From: Mobula hypostoma
Taxonomy: Eukaryota
Assembly (NCBI RefSeq): GCF_963921235.1
Contig: NC_086097.1
Location: forward strand, 122,576,001 to 122,640,000
DNA: 64,000 nt
Reading direction: 5' to 3'
The notes beneath the pieces were generated by a model. It was not told where the DNA came from. It searched no databases and was given only the letters and a program-made list of their open reading frames with translations. Below are positions 39,821-52,979 of this stretch, one piece after another. Both the position numbers and the translations under genes were made by a program. How positions within the stretch are numbered: the first letter of the stretch is position 1; the number at the start of each line of letters is the position of its first letter.

Positions 39821-41289
39821 ACCTTCATGGACTTGTAATGAAGAGCATCTGATCCCAGAAACAGATCAAGGAGGCAAGAGCTGGTCAGTTGGCACACCCA
39901 GGGTTCAAGTATGGTCTTTGGGATCCCATCATTGTCTATTTCGAGGGTTGAGAGCAAAGATTAAAGAGTGAAGAATTCCAGAAGTCGAAGCCTGATGGCT
40001 GAAGCCTCGAGACTGGATTTAGAGGATTGTCCTTGTGGGTGGGTGCATGGGAGGGAGGAAAGGGGCTTAACTTGCTGTTGTTTTGTTGCTTGTTTGTGTT
40101 CTGCGTTGTTCTGCTGAGTACTATGGACACGCTATGTCAGCACCAGAATGTGTGGCAACACTTGGTGTCGCATCTCTAGGTGGGTTGGTTGATAACACAA
40201 GTGACGTGTTTCACTGCATGTTTTGATGTAAATGTGATAAGTAAATCTGAATCTGAAACTGAATTCCTTATTTTGCATCCCATTATCTTTTGAGCGCCCT
40301 AGCATGTGCACCTCTACTAATCAGCCAGCAATATTACCCGGCTCATTTATTCCCATGTGTCTGTGGTATGCTTAAACATGACCTCAACATAGCTACCTTT
40401 CTCTATAACCTACCATAAGATTTAATAAACATACCTTTACATTCTCTTTAATTTTATGTGATATACAGTGTGGAATGGGCCCTCTGCTTTTATTTCTTCT
40501 ACCAAAGTGCATGACCATACACTTCCTGACACCGTATTCTATTTGTCTGCCAAAGGATAGCTATGGAATCAAATGTGCATCCTACATAAATACCAGTATG
40601 TATTTGCCTCACCAGTCAGCAACCTGACTATTTATTCCTATCCTAATTACAGGACAATTTACAATGACCAATTAACCTACGAACCGGTACATCTTTGGAC
40701 TGTGGGAGGAAACCGGAGCACCCAGAGGAAATCCATGCATCACGGGGAGGACGTACAAACATCTTACAGACTTGAAGACCAAACTCTGACATCCTGAGCT
40801 GTAACAGCATTGCACCAGCTGCTCCACCACCGTGATACCCTATCATTTAATACATTAAATCTCTTTTTTAAAAACTTAGAATCGATTCCTGCATTCCAAT
40901 TCTTCTCAGTTCCTTCTGTATTTCAGTAATGAGATTGTGCACTATAAAATAGATAGGGTCTGTCCAAAAAGTTATATAGTCAGCATTATGTCACTTTCAT
41001 GGTGTATATGCTGGCATTTCGTTAATGCATCTTCTAAAGTTTTTGCCACATTGTACAGACAATGATAGAGGTAGCAAACACTCCAAGACAATGGTTTTGT
41101 TGAGTTCTACAGTATAGAAACGTAACCAAGTCCCAGTCCAGACCCTTTATTAAACACCAGTTGATATGAATCCCACTTTATTCTCTCCACCACTACAACA
41201 AGCCCATCCCCTGCCCCCCACTTCCCCATCACTGCTCTGCACTGCGGACACTTTAAACCACTTTTCATAATGCTGTGTACAGTGTAAAT

Positions 41290-41530
41290 ATTTATTTTTA
41301 TTTAGATACAGCATGGTAACAGGATCTCCTGGCCCACGAACCTGTGCTGCCTAATTACCAACAAATGACCAATCAGCCTACTAATCTGCACGCCTTTGGA
41401 ATGTGGGAGGAAACCGTACAACCCAGAGGAAACGCACGTGGTCATAGGGAAAAAGTATAAACTCCATAAAGATAGCGACAGGAATTGAACCTAAAGGTCA
41501 TTGGCACTGTAATAGCGTTATGCCACCATG
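41290..41530 (-). mobile_element. tRNA-derived V-SINE/HE1-like SINE
   Basis: Box B ggttcaattcc on the minus strand; V-core gggttgtacggtttcctcccacattccaaa. Confidence 0.7.
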
Positions 41531-41594
41531 CTTCCCCTAATACATGCTGGTATTTATGTATTATGCACATCTGATTCCACAGCTATCCTTTAGC

Positions 41595-42370
41595 AAATGG
41601 AGTACTGTGTCAGGAAGTGGATGGTCATGCACTTTGGTAGAAGGAATAAAAGCATAGACTATATTCTAAATGGCAAATAAAATTCAAAAATCCAAGCTGA
41701 AAAGGGACTTCGGAGTCCTCGCCCAGGATTCCATACAGTTTAATTTGCAGGTTGAGTCGGTGGTAAAGAAGGCAAATGCAATGTTAGCGTTCAGTTCAAG
41801 AGGACTAGAATATAAAAGCAAGGATGTAGGACTGAGGCTTTATAGGTACTGGTGAGGAGTATTGTGAGCAGTTTTGGGCCACATATCTTAGAAAGGATGC
41901 ACTGACATTGAGGAGGGGTTAGAGGAGGTTCACAAGATTGATTCCAGGAATGAAAAGCTTATCGTATGAGGAGCGATTGATGGGTCTGGACTGCTACTTG
42001 CTGGAATTTAGAAGAATCTCATTGAAATCTATTGAATATTGACCGGCCTAGATAGAGTGGATGTGGAGAAGATGTTTCCTATGGTGGAGGAGTCTAGGAC
42101 CAGAGAGTGACGTCCATTTAGAACAGAGCTGAAAAGGAATTTCTTTAGCCAGAAAGTGGTGAATCTGTGGAATTCATTGCCACAAGTGGCTGTGGAGGCC
42201 AGGTTATAGGGTGTATTTAAGGCAGAGGTTGACAAGTTCGTGATTAGTCAGGGAATTAAAGGTTATAGGGAGAAGGCAGAAGAATGAGGTTGAGAGGGAA
42301 ATGGATCAGCTATAGTGAAACGGTGGAGCAGACTCGATAGCCTAATTTTGCTTCTATGTCTTATGGTTGT
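41595..42370 (+). mobile_element. CR1 3' fragment
   Basis: VKKANAMLAFSSRGLEYKSKDV; CR1 tail. Confidence 0.85.
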
Positions 42371-43409
42371 TAACCGCTAACTTTATTTTTTATATAATTC
42401 TTTATTCTTTAGATGTTGAATGTTTTTTGTTGCATGTCATGCCCTGACCAACACACCACACCAATGTTTAAGGTGAATAAAGTCAATCCTTTGATCTTTG
42501 ATCCTTCATCCTTGAAGTCTTATCAGATCCTACTACCTACCTACATATTAGGCACAATTCAAAGTGACCAGTTAACCCACCAGCCCACATATCTTAGGAA
42601 CTGGAGCACCCGAAGGAAAACCAAAGAATCGCATAGCGAACACAAGAGGTTCACAAAGACAACGCAAAAGGTCGGCATTAAACCTGCTTCCCTGCTGCTA
42701 TGAGGCAGTTACTCTATTTGCTATGACACTGTGCTATCCTTGCTCTTTTCCAATCACCTAAGACACATTTTTTGCCATCCATTTTGCATTAATGCCAGAG
42801 TTCATTGTATTCACTAGGGACAACTTTGTCGGTACTAAATTTCATCTTCCATCTGCATTGCATGTTCTGTATTAATATCTTTTGAGAAGTATTCTGTAGG
42901 CTCCAGACCCCTGATTGTAAATAAGAGTTAATGTTTTGTTGTACATGCAAATACCATTCACTTTTTCCTGTCACCCTTCATGAGTTATTCAGAGTTTTAC
43001 CGAATCTCATCCAGTATCGATGTGAAGGAGGATGAGAGGTGACTTGATAGAGGTGTACACGAGGATGAGAGACACAGACTGACTGGACAGCCAGACACTC
43101 CCCCCCCAGGGTGGCAATGGCCAGAATGAGGGGGCATACTATCAAGGTATTTAAGGTGACTGGAGGAAAGTATAGGAAAGATGTCAGCGGTATGTTTTTT
43201 ACACAGAAGGTGGTGGGTGTGTCTGTCAGGGATAACGGCGGAGGTGGATACATTCGGGACATTTAAGAAACTCTTATAAAGGCACATGGATGATAGAAAA
43301 ATGGAGGGCTATATAGGAGCAAAGGGTTAGATTGATCTTAGAGTAGGTTAAAAGGTCGGCACAACAGCATCGGCCAAAGGTCCTGTACTGTGCCATAATG
43401 TTGTATGTT

Positions 43410-43900
43410 CTATCCATGGTTTGTAGAATTTATCCAAAATTTCTCTGAGTGTGAAAATCTTAACATATTATACACCCTTTTCTTCATTGGAATGAGTCTC
43501 AGTAGGATTTGCCTATGTTTTCCATCAATAAAATTCTACTCATTTTTTCCCTATTCTCAAAACAAGCATCTTGCATGGCATTCATAGCAACATCAATCTT
43601 CAAGTATCATTAGTTAAAATAAAATATACTGTTATACCCTGGTATGGATTGAACACACGAGCTTGAAATGGAGCCCAAGAAAATAGCACTCATAAGGGTT
43701 GAACTTCTGTCCATAATGAAACAATGGCTAAGGTTTCTGAATAATCTTAATGACAGAAAGTCTAATACCAATAATTTTATTCTGTTGGATCGCACATTTT
43801 ATGCATTCATGTGCTCATTCTATGATATTTCTGCGTTGAGATCTTTTACTCTCTCTCAATGCCCATGAAACATTAAAGGCAATTTATGATGATTGCTTTA
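43410..43900 (-). mobile_element. Old L1/Tx1-like ORF2 end
   Basis: Minus frame KIFTLREILDKFYKPWI; homolog KIFTFRKSLDKFCKSWI at ~61440. Confidence 0.45.
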
Positions 43901-44029
43901 ATCTTTTATATCTGTGCATCTCGCCTTCTCAGGCAGTCCCTCTGGAATGAGGGTGACTCTGCAGTTGTGGGTTCTTAGGCTGCGAACGAGGCTAGTGTGA
44001 GAAAATTACTCTTCCACAACGTGGAATGT

Positions 44030-44280
44030 GGGCGGCTCGGTAGCATAGCAGTTGGCATCGCGCTATTACAGCACCAGTAAACCAGGTTCAATTCCCTCTA
44101 CTGTCTATAGGGAGCTTGTACATTCTCCCCATGACGGCGTGGATTTCCTGCGCGAGTTCTGGCTTCAATCCACATTCACAAGGAGTAAGGGTTAGCAGGT
44201 TGAGTGGTCACTTGCATGTAATTGGGTCTTGCGGGCTGGAAGGTCTGTTACCATGTTGTATCTCCAAATAAAAAATAAAA
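44030..44280 (+). mobile_element. tRNA-derived V-SINE/HE1-like SINE
   Basis: Box A-like tagcatagcagttgg, box B ggttcaattcc, V-core and A-rich tail. Partial relatives at ~3825, 13390, 21665 and 40600. Confidence 0.75.
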
Positions 44281-45759
44281 TAGAGAGCAATTCCCTAATG
44301 GGGCGGGTGGTAGATAGTTTGTGAGATGTGATTAGATTAGTTTATTGAAAATATACAATAGGAAAAATAAAAGTCTTGCTTGCATGAAGCTCACAGAGTA
44401 AAGAGTGTATGGGCAAAATGCAATACTAATCATTCAACAGCAGAATGATGCAAACATTGTAGTTCAATCTGAAGTTGTGCAAAAATAAATATCATAAAAG
44501 AATGTCACTGAAATCCTTGACAAATAGGTGCCCAGTGGAACTGGTTACATCATGGCCTAGAATGGAAATATCAATGCTCAGGAATGGAAAATTTGATAGA
44601 AAGTGGTAGATACACTCCAATCCATCACAGACAAAACTCCTCACCACTGAGCACATCTACAAGGAGCACTGCCATAAGAAAGCAGCATCCATCATCAAGG
44701 ACCCCCATCATCCACTCCAAGCTCTCTTCTTGCTGTTACCATCGGAAAGGAGGTACAAGAGCCTTACATCCAATGTAACCAAGTTCAGGAGCAGTTATTA
44801 CCTTTCAACCATCAGGCTTCTGAATCAGCCTAGACAGCTTTACTCACTTCAACTTTGAACTGACCCCACAACCTACAGACTCATTTTCAAGGACTTGACA
44901 CCTCTTGTTCTCGGCATTATTCTCTTTTTTTCAAATTTGCACTACTTATCTTCTTTTACACATAGATTGTTTGTCAGTCTTTGTTTACTGTTTTTCATAA
45001 ATTCTATTGTCTTTCTTTATTCTCCTGAAAATACACTTCTTGCAAGAAAATGATTCACAAGGTAGCATAAGGTGACATATACATACTTTGCTAATAAATT
45101 TGACTTTGACTTTGTCTTAAAGTGCAAATGATGGAAAACCAAGAGAGGTAATGTTATAATTATGAGTATGTGGCAGGACCAATGGAAAGGGGTGTGAAAG
45201 ATGGGATTGGTCCACAACTAATGTATTGGCATATCATACATATAAAACTAAACTTTGGGAATGCTAAATTATCTATCATTGTGTAATGAAAATTCTCACT
45301 TGGTAGATAATGAAACTTGTATGAAATCATACATGTTCCTGAAATGAAGTCAATATATTCATTATAGACCACCAAATCCCAAATATTTCACATTAATACA
45401 AATGCAGGTATGATTTTAAAGCAAACTTGAGCATATAGTTCATGCTGGTGTTTATGTCTTTATCGACATTCAATTCTATATCTGTACTTTAACCTCTAGT
45501 TTATTTCTATATAATTCTGTATAATTGTTGAATGTTGTTGTTTTTTGGTGCATGTCGCACCCTGACTGACACACTGCAGCAAATTCCTAATACTTGTAAA
45601 TGTATTGATGAATAAAGTTGGTCTTTGATTTTGACCTACTGTAAATTGCACTCTTATTTCTAAATGCTTAGACATTTCACTAGGGAGTTTGTATATCAGT
45701 TGTTGCAGGATAAGACTGCAAAATCAAAAAAAAAACATCGTAAACTCATCTTCAGTCGG

Positions 45760-46170
45760 CAACACACAGAATGCTGGAGGAACTCATCGGGTTGGACAGC
45801 ATCCCTGGAAGTGAATAGATAGTTGATGTTTCAGGCCAAGACCCTTCTTCAGGACTGAGAAGGTAGGGGGAAGGCACCAGAATAAAATGATGGGGAGGAA
45901 GGGAAGGAGACTAACTGAAAGGTAAATTTTTCCCACCCACCTGGTTTTACTTATCACCTTCCAGCTAGCTTCCTTCCACACCGCCCCCACCACCCACCAC
46001 ACCATTTTTTTCTGGCGTCTTCTCTCTTCCTTCTCAGTCCTGAAGAAAGATCTCGGCCCGAAACTTCGACTATCTATTCATTTCCATAGATGCTGCCTGA
46101 CCTGCTGAGTTCCTCCAGCATTTTGTGTGTGCGGCTTTGGATTTGTAGTATCTGCAGACTTCTATGTTGA
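45760..46170. mobile_element. Two inverted Penelope-like pLTRs, each with a hammerhead motif
   Basis: Minus copy ~45760-45920 and plus copy ~45930-46170; cores ctgaaga...gaaac. Confidence 0.8.
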
Positions 46171-47269
46171 TCGCCTTCAGTAAGTAGAAACCATTTCCTG
46201 TTTGGATATGTATGCTGTATCTCAATGAATTTGTCGTGGTATATTGGTTAGAGCACAACATGCCCCCAAAGCAACATTCAACAATTATAAAGAATTATAT
46301 AAAAATGAAATTATAAATTTAAGTATGGATATGGAATAAAATGTGCATAAATACATAAATATCAGCATGTATTTACAATGTAATCAGATTATAAAAAGTG
46401 GTTTAAAGTGTTTACAGTGCAGTCCAGTGATGGCTTGCACGACAAGACAGATTTGGCATAAGACAGCTACCACTGACACTAAGCCAACAGTATAAGGTTT
46501 TAAAATATCTTTACCTAATGTGAGGCAGGGAACTAAATAAAATTTCCTCCATTCAAGTTCTGAGCAGTGCCACAATCTCCCAAATCAATGGCACTGTATT
46601 TCGTATTGTGTTATTTTAAAAGCATCATGAGAGCTATTACGCCTAACCACAAATCAACAAGAGAGGACATTTGAACTAACAGCCAGTGTCTCTAATAATT
46701 TAGAATTACTGCACAGTAATGGCAGCCTAGATTAAATGCTCAGACAATAGAGATAAACTACAGATTTATTATTAATGAGTAAGATGTAAGAAGTAGTCCA
46801 AGTATATAATAGTACAGTGTATTTTGCATAGCATAGCATTTTGTAATTATGAACAACCCAGCTCTACTCCCTCCCTGAAGTGGTCATCCTTCCCTTCTTC
46901 TCTGACTTCCCATCATGAAGAAAATGCCAGTGATTGAGAACCAAGAGAAATTGAGAGCCAGAAGAAATGTCTTGAAACATAACATTTGGAAAAATAAAAT
47001 CCAAACATAATTTGGGAAAATAAAAGTATGGGTGTTTATATTTATCCAAGGCTCCCTCTTGGGTTGAGGATAACCTGTTTGTGGCTTGTATGGGTTCTGA
47101 TGTGGCTGATGGGCCCAAAGTGGCATCTATAGGCTCTGCCTCTGGGAGGGACAGGGGGTGAATAATAGGGCAGCAAGCTGGGTGCTGCCACGTTTGCTGT
47201 GTGCCAGCAGAGAGACTCTGGGTTATCCTGCATATTCCTTCTCCATTTTGAATGGTCATGGATCAGGGA

Positions 47270-49545
47270 TTTCCACATAGAACATAGAGCAGTGGAGCAC
47301 AGGAACAGGACACTCGGCTTGGTAGTCCATTCCAGGTACTCACATCTGAATGTAAAAACTTCTCCCCTCAAATCTCTTTTAAAATTACCTCATCTCACAA
47401 AAGGTATAGACACTTCAATGCTGGGAAAAGATGCCTTTTCTCTTCTCTACCTATGCCTCTCATAATCTGATAAACATCTGTCAGATCTTCCCTTAGCCTC
47501 TGCCACTCTACAGAAAATAGTCCAAGACTGTCCAACCTCTTGTTATAGAAGACGCACTCTGAACCAGCCAGCATCCTGGTAAACTTCTTCTGCACCCTCT
47601 CCAAAACCTTGACATCCTTCCTATAATGGGAAGACGAGAATTGTATGCAATATTCCAGATGTTGCCTAAGTAGAGTTTTATAAAGCTGTAACATAACTTC
47701 CTGACTTTTGAACTCAGTGCCTTGATTAATAAAGACAATCATGATTCTTAACCACCTATCAGCTTGGGTAGCCATTTTGTGAGAGCTATGAACTCAGACC
47801 CTCATGAACTTCAGCACTTAACTGTCACTTTACATTTGACCTACCAAGTACAACACTTCACATTTGACCAGATTAATCTCCATCTGCTACTTCTTTGTCC
47901 ATTTCTGCAACTGATCTATATCCCACTGTATTATTTGTCAGTGTTCTACACTATCCACAACACCACCAATCTTCGTATCATCTGCAAACATACTTACCCA
48001 GCCATCTACATTTTTATCCAGATCATTTATGTACAGCAGAAGTCCCTGCAGAATGCCACTAATCACAGACCTTCACCTAGAATAAGTCTCATTGACCAGT
48101 ACCCTCTGTTTTCTATGAACAAGCTTTTTCTAAATTCAAATGGCCCCAAGCATCTTAATCTTTTGGATGAGACTCTTATGAGGGCCCTTGTCAAACACCT
48201 TACTAAAATCCATGTATAACAACATCCACAGCTCTACCTTCATCAATCACACTCATCACCTCATCAAAAAGCTCAATTAAGTTAGTAAGACACAACTTGC
48301 TCTCACAAAGGCACGATGGCTCTTCCTAATTAGACCATAGTTTTCCAAATGCTCATAAATCCTATCTCTAAAAATTTTCTCCAGGAACTTCCCAACCACT
48401 GACATGAGACTCACCAGTTATAGTTTCAAGGTTTATCCCTGATTCCCTCCTTGAACAATAGAACAACATTAGCTACTTGGCAGTCCTCCGAGACCTTGCC
48501 TGTGGTTAGAGAGGACACAAAGATATTGGTCAAGGTCCCTGCAATCTCTTCACTGCCTCTCTCAATAAGCTGGGTATAACGCATCAAACCCCAGTGACTT
48601 ATCCACCTTACTACTTTTTAAGACACCCGACACTATCGCTGCCTTTACTTTTAAATGCCCCAGTATATTAATACCCTCAGCACTGACCTTCGTATCTTCC
48701 ATGTCCTTCCCCTTGGTAAATACTGATGTAAAGTACTCATTAAAGACCTTACCCACATCCTTCACATCAAGCAAATTTACCTCCCTTCATCCTTAGGTAG
48801 CCCCACCCTCTCCTTAGTTATCCTCTTGGTCCTGATGTATTAATTTATTAATTTATGGGATGTGGGCATCGCCAGCTAATCTAGCTTTTATTGCCCATCC
48901 CTAGTTGCCCTTGAGAAGGTGTTGATGAGCTGCCTTTTTGAACCGCTGCAGTCCCTGAGGTGTATAGAATACTCTATATAGAGTACCTCTTTAACCTTAC
49001 TTGCCAGCAACATTTCATGGCCCCTCCTGGCTTTCCTAATTCCTTTCTTGAATTCTATTCTGGTTTCTTTATAATCCTCAAGGGCTCTGTTCAATTCGAC
49101 CTTCCTAAGCTTTTTTCCTTCTTGACTAAATTTATCACCTCTGTGGACATCCAAGGTTCTCTTACCTTGCCATCCTTGACCTTCCTTCTGACCAGAACAT
49201 ACCTGTCCTGTACTCTTTGCTGTTGTTCCTTAAACATCCTCCACATTGCAGATGTGGACTTGCCCAAAATCAGCTGTTCCCAAATAACTCCCCCTACTTC
49301 CTACCTAATGCTCTCATGCTTGCCCTGCTCCAGTTTAACACTCTCCCGCAAGGTCCATACTTATCCTTATCTTTAAAAAAAAACTTAATGAGTTGTGCTC
49401 ATTGTTCTCCAACTGCTCACCCAATGTAAGGTTGGTCACCTGGCCAGGCTCATTACACAACACCAAATCCAGTCTTGTTGGACAATCTACATATAGATTT
49501 AAGAAAGCCTCCTGGATGCAATAAACAAATTCTGCTGCATCTAAG
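47270..49545 (-). mobile_element. Decayed CR1 LINE
   Basis: ORF pieces LYKTLLRQHLEYC and FNEYFTSVFT; small foreign insert at ~48841-48965. Confidence 0.85.
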
Positions 49546-50199
49546 CCTCACTCCGACAAAGAAGGTCTCAGTTTCACGGGGATGGGAACCAGACTGCCAG
49601 AACAGATAGTGGAGAGGCTGTGGAAAGAAATGCTGTTAAGACCTCAGACAAAATCAGGAAACAAAAAGATTGAGCAAGGTGTAACTAATGTTCTGAGTTG
49701 CGTATATTTCAATGGAAGAAGTATTGTAAGAAAGACAGATGAGCTCAGGGCATGGATCAGCAGATAGAATTATGATATTGTAGCCATTTGTGAGACTTGG
49801 TTGCAGGAAGGACAGGACTGACAGCTCAATATTCTGGGGTTTTGCTGTTTTAGATGTGACAGACCAGGAGGGATTAAAGGGGAAGGGGTGGCATTACTAG
49901 TCAAGGAAAACATCATGGCAGTGCTCAGTCAGGATAGACTGGAGAACTTGTCTAGTGAGGCGTTATGGGTGGAACTGAAAAATAAGAAAAGTATGAACAT
50001 GTTAATGGGACTATATTATGGACCACGCAAAAATCTGCAGGATTTAAAGGAACAAATTTGACGAGAGATCGCAGATTGCTGCAAGAAACATAATGTTGTG
50101 TTAGTAGGTGACAGTAACTTTTGACAATGACTGGGACTCCCAAATGACTAGATGGGATAGAGTTTGTCAAATGTATTCAGGAAATTTTCCTTAATCAGT

Positions 50200-50755
50200 T
50201 GGTTGTTCGTCCATCGTTGACGTCGATGAGGACCTCAACACCATTAAGATGGTGTCAAGACTAACACGTGATTTGGATTTAGGTGAGGGAGAGATGCGCA
50301 GCGTCAGCCTCACTCTCTCTTCCCAATTCCCATCTGGATCCAGTGGCAAGACAGAGTCTAGACGGCTGGAGATGGGACTAGGCGCAATGGATGACCAGGA
50401 CGTCTTCTGTGTCTTGTCCTGCTCTACACGTTCCATGACGCTTGCAGAGACCGCCTTCTTGACCGTTGGACCTTCCATAGGTCTCGTCCGCTCAATCCGC
50501 CTGAGTCTGTCTTCACATGCTGGGATAGACAACACCCTATCTCACCGAGGGTTTGAGACCCGTCGGCTACCCTCACCTGGTTTAGCCGGCTTGTCGAAGC
50601 CGTTGCCCAGGGTGTGGCCGCTGTCGTATGCAAACAGCTACGGGGAGCCACAGGTGAGAGCTGAGTGCCAGGTGGGGACCAAAGGTGGACTAACCGCCCT
50701 GAAAAGGACGCGACATGTTCCCCCACCAGAGGTGCTACCCCTCCCTGACACCCCA
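50200..50755 (-). mobile_element. Non-coding RTE-type retroposon with a 5' HDV-like ribozyme, copy 2
   Basis: 8-bp TSD taatcagt (50192-50199 and 50756-50763); short aacaacca tail; cleanly splits the CR1 endonuclease coding sequence. Confidence 0.9.
50570..50754 (-). ncRNA. Predicted HDV-like ribozyme, copy 2
   Basis: All core pairings identical to copy 1; G1 at 50754, 1 nt inside the element end. Confidence 0.8.
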
Positions 50756-52979
50756 TAATCAGTACCTAGAAGTCCCAATGACAGAATGTGCAATACTTCA
50801 TCACCTATTAGAGAATGAGACAGGGCAGGTAGCATAAGTTTGTGTAGTGGAAGACTTGGCATCTAGTGATGATAATGCCATTAGTTTCAAAGTAAATATG
50901 GAAAAATACAGGTCTGCTCTGTGGCTTGAGATTCTAAATTGGAGAAAGGCGAATTTAGATGGCATATGGAAGGTTCTGGCAAGGATTGATTGGGAAAGGC
51001 TGTCTTCTGGCAAAGGTATACTTGGTAAATGGGAGAATATCAAAGATGAAATTTTGAGAGTATAAAGCTTGTATGTGCCTATCAGAATAAAAGGTAAAGA
51101 TAACAAGTGTGGGGAACCTTGGTTTTCAAGATATATTGAGGCTCTGGTTAAGGAAAAAAAGGAGGTGCATAGCAGGTATAGGCAGGTCGGAACAATTGAA
51201 GTACTTATGGAGCATAAGAAATGCAAGAGAACACTTAAGAAAGAAATCAGGAAGGCTAAAAGAAGTCATGAGGTTGCCCTAGCAGAGAAGGTGAAGGAGA
51301 ATCCTAAGAGCTTCTACAGATTTGTTAAGAGCAAAAGGATTGCAAGGGACAAAATTAGTCCTCTGGAAGATCAGTGGTGATTTATGCATGGAGCCAAAAG
51401 AGATGGGGGAAGTCTCGAGTGGACTTTTTGCATCTGTATTTACTTGGGAGACAGGCATAGAGTCCATAGATGTGAGGAAAAGCAGCAGTGAGGTAATGGA
51501 TCCTATATGGAATACAGAGGAGGAGATATTTTCTGCCTTGAGGAAAATTCAGGTGGATAAGTTGTTTCCTCGATCTCTGTGGGATGCATGTGCAGAAATT
51601 GTAGTGGCACTAGCAGAGATATTTAAATCATCCTTTGCAACAGGTGAGGTACCGGAGGACTGGAGGATAGATAATGTTCTGCTTTTTATGAAAGGTTCTA
51701 AAAATAAACCAAAAATTATAGGATAGTGAGGATGACATTAGCAGTGGGAAGATTAATGGAATGTGTTATAAGGGAATGGATATTTGAGCATTTGGATAGA
51801 CAGGGACTTATTAGGGATAGTCAGCATGGCTTTGTGTGTGGTGGGTCGTGACTAACCAATGTTATAGAGTTTTTCGAGGAAGTTACCAGAAAAGTTGATG
51901 AAGCAAGGCACTGAATGTTGTTTACATGGACCTTAGCAAGGCTTTTGACAAGGTCCTACATGGAAGCTTGGTCTAGAAGGTTCAGTTGCTCAGCATTCAA
52001 AGTGAGGTAGTAAACTGGATTAGACATTGACTTTGTGGGAGAAGCCAGAGCGTAGTAGTAGATGATTGCCTCTGTAACTGGAGGCCTGTGACTTAGTGGA
52101 GTATTGCAGGGATTGGTGCTGGATTCATTGCTGTTTGTCAGCTATATAGGCCATCAGGATGATAATTGGTTAAATGGATCAGTAAATTTGCAGATGCTAC
52201 CAAGATTGTGGGTGTAGTAGACAGCAAGGGAGACTATCAGAGCTTGAAGAGTACAGTAGAAGAAAGGGATCTGGGAATACAGGTCCATAGTTCAGTGAAA
52301 GTGGCAGCACATGTAGATAGGCTCGTAAAGATATGTTTGTACTTTTGGTAAGTTGGCCTTCATAAATCAAAGTATTGAGTACAGGTGTTGGGATGTTATG
52401 TTAAAGTCATATAAGACTTTGGAGAAGGCTAACTTGGAGTATTGTGTACAATTTTGGAAAGATGTATATAAGGTTGAAATGGTACACAGAAAATTCACAT
52501 GGATGTTGCTGGGGCTAGAGGACCTGAGTTATAAGGAAAGATTAGAACTTTATTCCTTGGAACCTAGAAGATTGAGAGGAGATTTGTTAGAGGTATACAA
52601 AATTATGAGGGGTATAGAAAGGGTAAATGTAAGCAGGCCTTTTCCACTGAGGTTGGGTGGGACTACAACCAGAGGTCATGGGTTGAGGGTGAAAAGTGAA
52701 AAGCTTAAGGGGAATATGAGGGGAAAATTCTTCACTCAGAAGCTCGTCAGAGTGTGAAATGAGCTGCCAGCTCAAGTGGTGCATGCAAGCTCAATTTCAG
52801 TGTTTAAGAGAAGCTTGGATAGGTACATGGATGGAAGGGATACGGAGCATTATTGTCTCTGTGCAGGTCGATGGGAGTAGGCAGTTTAAATGGTTTGACA
52901 CAGACTAGATGGGCTGAAGGGCCTGCTTCTGTGCTGTATGACTCTATGAATCTCTACAATAGGGAAGTTGAAGTCCTCC

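Larger units (their letters stand above)
49575..52950 (+). mobile_element. Decayed CR1 LINE (APE plus RT) hosting retroposon copy 2
   Basis: SCVYFNGRSI, LNWRKANLD, EPWFSR and KFADATKI motifs; 3' tail. Confidence 0.9.

Noticed and set aside
44030..44100. tRNA gene
   Set aside because: The A/B boxes belong to a SINE head; there is no full cloverleaf and the sequence continues into the V-SINE core.
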